DNA of 64,000 bases from Candidatus Eiseniibacteriota bacterium. GTDB taxonomy: Bacteria; Eisenbacteria; RBG-16-71-46; CAZEPH01. Every line of letters starts with the position of its first letter. Position 1 is the stretch's first letter. The translations under genes were made by a program, and so were the position numbers. Of the stretch, positions 1 through 9,000 are shown in pieces. A model generated the notes under the pieces. It had not been told where the DNA came from and did not search any database. It saw only the letters and a list, made by a program, of their open reading frames with translations. Where the stretch lies: positions 1 to 64,000 of the forward strand of contig JBGATO010000008.1 of the NCBI GenBank assembly GCA_044229145.1, given 5' to 3'.

Positions 1-1109
1 GGGAGGCCAGTCGCACTCCAGGTGAGCGGTGCGGCCGCGCAGCCGACCAGCGTCGCGTTCGGCGTGACGGTGAGCGTCGCGCCCTCGGCCACCGTCTGCG
101 CCGCGATCGCGTCGACGGTCACGCTGCCGAGCGTGTTGGTGACCGTGATACTGAACGAGGCGCTGCCGGTCTCGCCGCTCGCCGCCTGCGCCGTGAGGGT
201 GACCGGGCCGTAGGTCGGGCCGTTCTCGTACGCGCTGCAGTCCGGCGTCCAGGTGAACTCGCCGGTCGACGGGTTGACGCTCGCGCCGCTCGGCAGGCCG
301 CTGCCGCTCCAGGTGATCGGCAGGTCGGCGCAGCCGGAGGCGGTGGCGTTCGGCGTGACGGTGAGCGTGGCGGTCTCGGCGATGGTCTGCGCCGCGATCG
401 CGTCGACGGTGACGGTGCCCGGCGTGTTGGTCACCGCGAGGCTGAAGCTCGCGCTGCCGGTCTCGCCGGTGGCCGCCTGCGCCGTGACGACGATCGGCCC
501 GTAGTGCGCCTGCGTCTCGAACGCGTGGCAGTCCGGCGTCCAGGTGATCTCGCCGGTCGCCCCGTTGATGCTGGCGCCGCCTGGCAGGCCGCTCGCGCTC
601 CAGGTGAACGGCGCCTCGGCGCAGCCGCTCGCCGACGCGCTCGGCGCCACGGTGAGCGTCGCGGTCTCGGCGACGGTCTGGTCGATGATCGGATCCACGC
701 TGACAGTGCCCGGCGTGTTCGTCACCGTGATGCTGAAGCTGGCGCTGCCGGTTTCGCCGGTGGCCGCCTGCGCGGTGAGCGTGACAGGGCCGTAGCTCGG
801 CCCGGTCTCGAACGCGTGGCAGTCCGGCGTCCAGGCGAACTCGCCGGTGCTCGGGTTGACGGACGCGCCGCTCGGCAGGCCGCTGCCGGTCCAGGTGAGC
901 GGGGCCTCGGCGCAGCCGGACGCCACGGCGTTCGGCATCACGCTGAGGGCGAACGTCTCACCGATCGTCTGCGCGGCGATCGGGTCGACGGTGACGCTGC
1001 CCGGCGTGTTGGTGACGGTGATGCTGAAGCTCGCGCTGCCGGTTTCGCCCGTGTCGGCCTGCGCGGTCATCGTGACCGGGCCGTACGACGGGCCGGTCTC
1101 GAAGGCGTG
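1..1109 (-). CDS. In-frame continuation of the giant protein beyond the TGA (further Ig-like repeats; runs off the window edge)
   Basis: After TGA the same frame reads HAFETGPSYGPVTMTAQADTGETGSASFSI... I found no stop in this frame down to the window edge, and the repeat consensus is preserved. Confidence 0.8.
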
Positions 1110-3039
1110 TCAGTCCGGCGTCCAGGTGAACTCACCGGTCGACGGGTTGACGCTCGCGCCGCTCGGCAGACCGGAGCCGCTCCACGTGATCGGTGCCTCC
1201 GCGCAGCCGGTGGCGACGGCGTTCGGCATCACGCTGAGGGCGAACGTCTCGCCGATCGTTTGGTCGGCGATCGCGTCCACCGTCACCGTGCCCGGCACGT
1301 TGGCCACCGGGATCGAGAAGGTGACGCTGCCGGTTTCGCCCGTGGCCGCCTGCGCGGTGATGACGATCGGGCCGTAGGTCGGGCCGTTCTCGAACGCGTG
1401 ACAGTCCGGCGTCCAGGTGAAGAGACCCGTCGACGTGTTGAAGGTCGAGCCGGCCGGGGCACCGGTGATGCTCCAGGTCAGCGGACCTTCCGCGCAGCCG
1501 CTGATCACCGGGAACGGCGACGCGCCCACCGGGTTGTTCTCGAACGCGATCGGAATGAAGACCGGGAGCAGGCTGACGCTGCCTGGCGTGTTGGTGACGG
1601 TGATGCTGAAGCTGGCGCTGCCGGTTTCGCCCGTCGCCGCCTGCGCGGTCACCGTAACCGGGCCGTACAGCGGGCCGGTCTCGAAGGCGTGGCAGTCCGG
1701 CGTCCAGGTGAACTCGCCGGTGGTCGGGTTGACGGAGGCGCCGCTCGGCAGGCCGCTGCCGCTCCACGCCAGCGGGCCCTCGGCGCAGCCGGCGAGCGTG
1801 CCCGACGGCGTCACGCTGAGCGCGAACGTCTCGGCGATCGTCTGGTCGGCGATCGGGTCGACGTGCACGGTGCCCGGCGTGTTGGTGACGGTGATGCTGA
1901 ACGATGCGCTGCCGGTCTCGCCGGTGGCCGCCTGCGCGGTGAACGTGACCGGACCGTACGACGGTCCGCTCTCGAACGCGGTGCAGTCCGGCGTCCAGGT
2001 GAACTCGCCGGTCGACGGATTCACGCTCGCGCCGCTCGGCAAGCCGGAGCCGCTCCAGGTGAACGGCGCCGTCGCGCAGCCGAGCGCGGTGGCGTTCGGC
2101 GTCACCGTGAGCGTCGCGGTCTCGGCGATCGTCTGCGCGGCAATCGCGTCGACGGTGACGCTGCCCGGCGTGTTGGTGACGTCGATCGAGAACGACGCGC
2201 TGCCGGTTTCGCCGGTTGCCGCCTGCGCGGTGAGCGTCACCGGGCCGTACGACGGTCCGCTCTCGAATGCGGTGCAGTCCGGCGTCCAGGTGAACTCGCC
2301 GGTCGACGGGTTGACGGACGCGCCGCTCGGCAGGCCACTGCCGGTCCACGTGAATGGCGCGGTCGCGCAGCCGAGCGCCGACGCGTTCGGCGTGACGCTG
2401 AGTGCGAACGTCTCCGCGACCGTCTGCGCGGCGATCGCATCGACCACCACGCTGCCCGGCGTGTTGCTCACGCTGATGGCGAACGAGGCAGTGCCGGTTT
2501 CGCCGGTGGCCGCCTGCGCGGTGAGGGTGACCGGACCGTAGTTCGGTCCGCTCTCGAAGGCAGTGCAGTCCGGGGTCCAGGTGAAGACACCGGTCGACGG
2601 GTTGACGGACGCGCCACTCGGCAGGCCCGCGCCGCTCCACGCCAGCGGGCCCTCGGCGCAGCCGCCGAGCGTCGCCGCCGGCGTCACGGTGAGGGCGAAC
2701 GTCTCGCCGATCGTCTGGTCGGCGATCGGGTCGACGTGCACGGTGCCCGGCGTGTTGGTGACGGCGATGCTGAACGAGGCGCTGCCGCTATTGCCGGCCG
2801 CATCGCTCAGCGTGAGGGTGACCGGCCCGTACGACGGACCGCTCTCGAAGGCGTGGCAGTCCGGCGTCCAGGTGAACTCGCCGGTCGCCGCGTTGACGCT
2901 CGCGCCACTCGGCAGGCCGCTGCTGCTCCAGGTGAAGGGCGCGGTGGCGCATCCGGTGGTGGTCGCCGACGGCGTCACGGTGAGCGTCGCCGTTTCGGCC
3001 ACCGTCTGCGCGGCGATCGCCGCCACGCTCACCGGCGTG
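1..3039 (-). repeat. Coding tandem array, exact 291-nt (97-aa) period, at least 10 units
   Basis: The anchor TCCGG(C/G)GTCCAGG occurs at 241, 532, 823, 1114, 1405, 1696, 1987, 2278, 2569 and 2860, each 291 nt apart. Unit consensus is V..IA.QT..ET..L.VTP....GC...P..WSGSGLPSGASVNPSTGEFTWTPDC.AFE.GP.YGPVT.TAQAATGETGSASFSI. Confidence 0.95.
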
Positions 3040-6000
3040 AGGTCGATGGTCAGCGAGGCGGCCGCGCCGGGGCTCGAGACGATGTTCGCGTTGTCGCAGT
3101 CACGCAGCAAGGTGCTGGCGACCGTCACCGTGCCGGTGCCGCTGGTGCCGGTGTGCGTGACGTCGAGGTGGAACAAGTCGCCGCTGGCCGCGGTCGCGCC
3201 GCACGGCAGGCCGAGAATGGTGCCGTCCACCGTGTAGAGACCGCTGCCGTGGTCGATGACCTCGAACACTGTGCTGCCGGCGTTGCTCAGGTAGGTGCCC
3301 TCGGTGATGCTCGACGTGCCGGACACCAACTGCACCTCCGGCGACAGCTGCACGTCGACGCTGAAGCCGCGGATGCTCACCGGGCTGTTGGTGCGGACGA
3401 CCGTGATCGTGACGTCGCGGTGCGCCGAGGCCGGCGTCACGCAGCCTGGATCAGAGCCCGCCGCGATGACGTTCGACTCGTTCTCCGCGAAGAACGCCTC
3501 GATGCCGTGCCCGCCGTTCACGTTCGAGAACGTGTACGACGTGACGGCACCCACCGACACCGCGTCCACCAGCACGTCGCTGACGTGATAGCCAGGGTCC
3601 GGCGTGATGGTGTAGGTCTGCGAGCCGTCCCACGGCACGTTGGTGTTGCCGGCCGGCGAGATCGAGCCGTGCGCGTTGGCGATGGCGCTGATCGTGTACG
3701 TGTCGATCGCCCAGATCGCGTCGATGGTGTGGTTCGCGGTGACGTTGAGGAAGTCGTACGACGTCACCTGGCCGATTGCCACGCCGTCGACGAGGACGTC
3801 GACCGGGTGGTAGTGCGGGTCGTTGACCATCGAGAAGGTGACGTTGTCGCCGTAATTGACCGTGGTGGTGCCGAGCGGCGTGATGCTGCCGCCCGCGGTG
3901 GTCGTCGACACGATGCTGAACGTCAGCAACGTGAAGTTCGCGGTGATGTTCTTGTCGGCGTCGATCGTCACGCTGAGCGGGTTGGTGAGGCCGCTCGCGT
4001 CACCGCTCCAACCGCTGAATACGTAGCCGACGTTGGCGACCGCGGTGAGCGTCACCGTCGAACCGGGGTTGTAGAGCGGCTGCGACGGCGAGACCAGCAC
4101 CGCGCCGTTGCTCGCCGAGGTGGCGAGAGAGAACGTCGCGAATTCGTCGGCGCCGATGTCCGGCGTCGAGGCGTTGCGCGTCTCGCCGTTGGCGTCGGTG
4201 GTGACGCCGGCGAGCGGCGTGCCTGCGTTGGCCACCGGAGACACCGGCCCGTTGGCCGGCGCCGCGATGTGCAGATCGCTGCTGCTCGACACGAACAGCG
4301 GGTCGACGCTGAGCGAGTGCGACTCCTGGCCCGACGCCGTGCGCCATGCCGCCAGCGTGGAGTAGTCGAGGCTGTTCACGTGGCCGACGTAGCCGACCGC
4401 GCTGCCGGTGGGCACCGCGCGCACGTCGTTGTAGTCCAACGTGCCACCGCCGAGTGTCGTGCCCTGCACGTACTGGCCGAACATCTTGGCCGCGACGGCC
4501 GCGGAACCGGTGATCGACAGGATGTTGCCACGCACGTCGATGTTGGTCGGCGCGCCGGCCACCCAGTTGTTGCCGTGGCTGAACGCCGCGACGAACGCCG
4601 AGGCGCCGCCGCTCAGCGTGCCCGTCAAGCTCACCGAGTTGTCGTAGTAGCGGTCGCCGTAGCCGCCTTCGGTGTTGATCGCCGACAGCGCCCAGAAGCC
4701 GCTGGTGCTGGTAGACGACAAGCCGTAGATCGTGTTGTTGGCGTACAGGTTCGCCGACGGCGAGCCGCTGGTGTTGAAGGCGCTGCCCTGCTGGTTGAGC
4801 ACGAACAGCTTGCCGCTGCTGGTGCCGGCGTAGCTCATGCCGTGCAGCGCGTTGCTGGTGAAGCTGAGACCCTTGCAGTCCTTGATCTCGACGCCGTAGA
4901 AGTCGGCGCTCGCGGTGCCGGTCTGCGTGACGTTCTGGAAGTCGTTGCCGGTGATGACGGCCCCTTGCTGGTACTGCGCCCACAACGCGGCGCTGAAGAA
5001 GCCGTCGCCGCTGGTGCTGCTGCCGAAGGCGTTGCCGCTGACCAGCGTGCCGGTGTCGAGCACCGACGACGAGGTGCCGAGCAAGAACAGGCCGTACGTC
5101 GCCTTCGAGATCTTGTTGTTGACGTAGCTGTTGTCGGAGTTGGCGGTGAGCGCCGCGGTGACGCCCGGGCCGCCGTCGCCCGCGCCCTGCGCGTTGAGCG
5201 CGTGCTGCTGCGCCTCGGTGAGCGGCGTGCTGCCGCGCGCCGGCGCGGTGGTCGAGATCGACGAGCCGCCCGAGTACACGCCCATCAACGTCGTCGTCGA
5301 CGTGTTGCCGGTGACGATCAGGTTCTTGAGCGTGTTGTGCGTCGCGCCGTCGCTGGCGGTCGGGCTGGAGAGCCAGATCACCGCCGACGTGGTCGCCGTG
5401 TTGGTGTTGGCGATGGTCAGGTCACGTGAGGTCGTGCCGTTGTTCGAGCCGTCGAGCGTGATCCAGTCGGCGCCGTTGAATTTGAGGATGCTGGTGGCCG
5501 AGGAGCCGCTGATGGTCGACGTCACGCCGCCCTTCGGGTGGATCCACAGCGTGTTGGTCGAGCTCGCCCCGGCGAACGCGTTGAAGGTGATCGGGAAGGT
5601 CTCGCTCGGGTACGTCGCGTCCGTGAGCATGAACTCCACCGCGCCCGACACGCCGGCGGCGTTCGCCGCCGCGGCCGCCGCCGTCAGCGTCGCGAAGTCC
5701 TGGCCGACGCCGACCAAGTACGTGCCGGAGAGCGGCGCGACGCCGACCAGCGTGCCGCTGATCTCGTCGTTGAGCGCGACTTGGTCGCCGGCGAGTTCCG
5801 CCGCGGCGAAGATGGTGTGCGTGCCGCCGGATGCCAGCGTCGCGCTCGGGAAACTCACCGTGACGGTGGCCGACGGTGCGATCGACGCGAGGGTGGCGAC
5901 GTCGTTGTAGATCTCGGTCGATCCGGGGTCGACGATGCGGTAGCGCACCTGCACGTTGGTCTGCGCCGCGGTGCCGAAGTTGGTGAACGAGGCCTGCGGC

Positions 6001-9000
6001 GTGAAGGCGATGCCGGTCGGCATCGTGCTGCCGCTGAGCGGCGAGATGAACGCGGCCGCCGCGATGTCGTTGGCCACCGGCGGCACGCCGTCGAATTCGT
6101 CGGCGCCGATGTCGTTCGCGGTGGCGCCGCCGTAGAGCGAGCCCGCCGGGCCGGGACGCACGTCGCTGTCGATGTCGGCGGTGATGCCGGTGCCGCTGGC
6201 GCCGGCGGACTCGAGCGTCGACGAGGTGCCGGCCGGAATGTGCAGGTCGGTCGTCGACGTGAAGCCCGGGAGCGCGTTGTAGGCTGTCGTGCTGGCGCTG
6301 CCGGTGAACGCGAGGTTGAGCGCGCTCAGCGTCGTCTGGTCACTACCGAGGAAACCGAGGATCGCCGACGGCGCGTTGAACGAGTTCGCCACGTAGTAGT
6401 CGTTGGAGCTGAAGGCGGCGAATGCGGTGTTGGCGGCCTGGGAGTACACCGCGTAGTTCTTCTGCGTCGTCGCCGTGCCGGTCTGCGTGTTGGAGAAGAT
6501 GTTGTTGCGCACGTTCACGGCCGACGCGCCGGACCCGATGAACAGGCCTGTGGTGATCGCGGTGGTGGAGCCGCTGCCCATGCTGCCGGTCATGCTGACG
6601 CTGTTGTGGTAGACGGTGACGCCGCCGGAGACGGTGGTGAGCGTGGTCGCGTTGCCAGCCACACCGATCCCGATGCCCATCGCCGACGAGTTGCCAAAGG
6701 TGTTCCAGTTCGAGCCGTTCACGCCGGCCACGAAGTTGTTCGCGACGGTGATGTTGGCGCCGGTGGTGCCGGTGCCGATGGTGATGCCGCGGCCCGCGTA
6801 GCCGCCGGTGTTGGTGGCCACGACACCGGTGATGCGGTTGTTGGTCACCGAGGAGTTCGAGACGTTTGCCTCGAGCGAGATGCCAACCGGCTGCGTCGAG
6901 GTCGAGTTGGTGATGTTGACCGTGTTGCCGGTGACCGACGCGGCGAGCGCGTTCTGCACCTGCACCGCGAGCATCGGCGCCGTCGTGCCGCTGCCGGTAA
7001 ACGCGTTGCCGCTCACCAACAGATTGTCCATGCCGCCCGTGCTCACCGCGGCGTTGCCGTTGGCGTAGAGGCCGATGTTGGTGCTGGCGATCGCGTTGTT
7101 CTGGACGGTGACGTTGTCGTTGTCGCCACCCGCCGAACCGAGCGTCGCGCCGCCGATGGCGATGGCGTAGGCCGTCGCGGTGGTGGCCGCGCTGGTCGAG
7201 ACGACGCAGTTCTTCACGACATCGTTGGTCGCGCCGGCGCCGTTCCCCACGCTGGCGATCCAGATGCCGGCCGCGGCGGTGGTCGCAGTGTTGGTGATCG
7301 TCAAGCTACGGTCGGTGCCGCCACTGTTGCTGCCGTCGATCGTCACGTAGTCGGCGCCATTCAACTTGAGCAGCGCGCCGCTCGAGAGGCTGCCGGAGAT
7401 GGTTGGCGTCTGGCCGCTGGCCGGACGGATCGTGAGAGTGTTGACGGCGCTGGCGCCGGAGTTGGCGTTGATGATGATCGGGAACGTCTCGCTGGCGCTC
7501 GAGTAGCCGGCCGCGAGTTCGAAGACCACCGCACCGCCGAGGCACTTGGTGTTGTAGTCGGCCACCGCGGCGGTCAGCGTCGCGTAGGCGCCCGGAATCG
7601 CGTAGGTGCCGGCGGCGAGCGTCTGCAGGATCGTGTAGGTGCTCGGCGACGCGGGCGGCGTCGACGCGGCTGGCGGGTTCGCCGTGAAGCCGCTGGCGCC
7701 GGCCGGCTGGCTGTTCATGTTCGGCGTGCCGGCGTTGTCCTGGGCGACGACGTAGTAGCTCACCACATCGCCCGCCACGACGCCCGAGCCGAAGCCGAAG
7801 CTGTAGGTGTTGCCGCTGACGAAGGTGCCGGTGGCCGCGGTGTACGCGCCGGCGTTGATCTTCCAGTAGAGCACCGGCAGGCCGATGCCGCTGGTGGGGA
7901 CGCCCGACGGGTCGGTGATGCTCGCGGTCAGCGTCTGCGGCGAGGTCGAGCACGTGCTGGTGATGGCCGTGAACGCGATCGCCGGGCCCGTGAGGTCGGC
8001 GAGCGTGAAGGCGCCTTCGTCGGCGCCGATGTCCGGCGTCGAGACATTGCGCAGGTCGCCGTCGAAGTCGTCGGTGATGCCGGCGATCGGCGCCGCGCCG
8101 CTCTCGATCTGCGTCGGCGTGCTCGGGTCGATGTGGAGGAACTGCGTGCTCGACCCCGTGGTGCTGAGGAACGGCGCGGACTCGGTCACCGACGCGGCGT
8201 CACGCGGCGCGACCCGCGATTTGTACGCGGCGAGGGTCTGATCGGCGTTGGTGCCGTCGTAGAACAGCAGGCGGTTCGCGGCCGGCGCACCGGCGTAGAG
8301 CACGTTGTTGTTCGACGTCGACGCGTAGTTGGTGAGCGTGGTGCTGGATCGCCGGTACGCCGAGACGATACCGGTGCCATTCGGCGTCGAGAGGTTCACG
8401 ATCACGTTGTTGCGCATGTTGAGCGCGGCGGTTGTGCTGGTCGTGCTCGTGTTGTGATAGACGCCGGTGGTGCCGAAGTTCGCGCCGGTCGATGTGGCCG
8501 CGAGGTAGATGGTGTTGTCGTACAGGTTGTAGGTGGACAAGGTGGCGGTCGCCGGGATGTGGACGGCGTGGATCACGTCGGCGCCGTTGCCGGCCGGCAT
8601 CCGGAGATCGCCGATCAGATTGTTCGTCGCGGTGACGGTCGTGCCGCCTTGCAGCCAGAGCGGGAAGATCGAGTTGGCGGTGAGCGCGGCGCTCGCCGAG
8701 ATGTCGTAGATCTTGTTCCGCGTGATGTTCACGGTCGTGCCCACGACGGTGTGGATCGCGGACACGAACGGCGCGGTGGCGCCCGACGTGCTGAAGCCGC
8801 TCAACGTGTTCTGCGTCACGTTCACGGTCGCGGCCGCACCGACCTGAATTCCCTCGATGCCCGACGACGCGCCGGAGGACGACAGACCACTCAGCACATT
8901 GCCCGAGATCGTCATCGTCGTGACGCTCCCGGAGGTGCTGACGATGCCGAGGACCGTCCCGCCGGTGCCCGAGGAGGTCAGCGTCGAGATGGTGTTGTTG

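Noticed and set aside
1..3039. Regular repeats considered as a CRISPR array or non-coding repeat
   Set aside because: The 291-nt period is a multiple of three, variation is mostly synonymous and there are no unique spacers, so this is a protein domain repeat.
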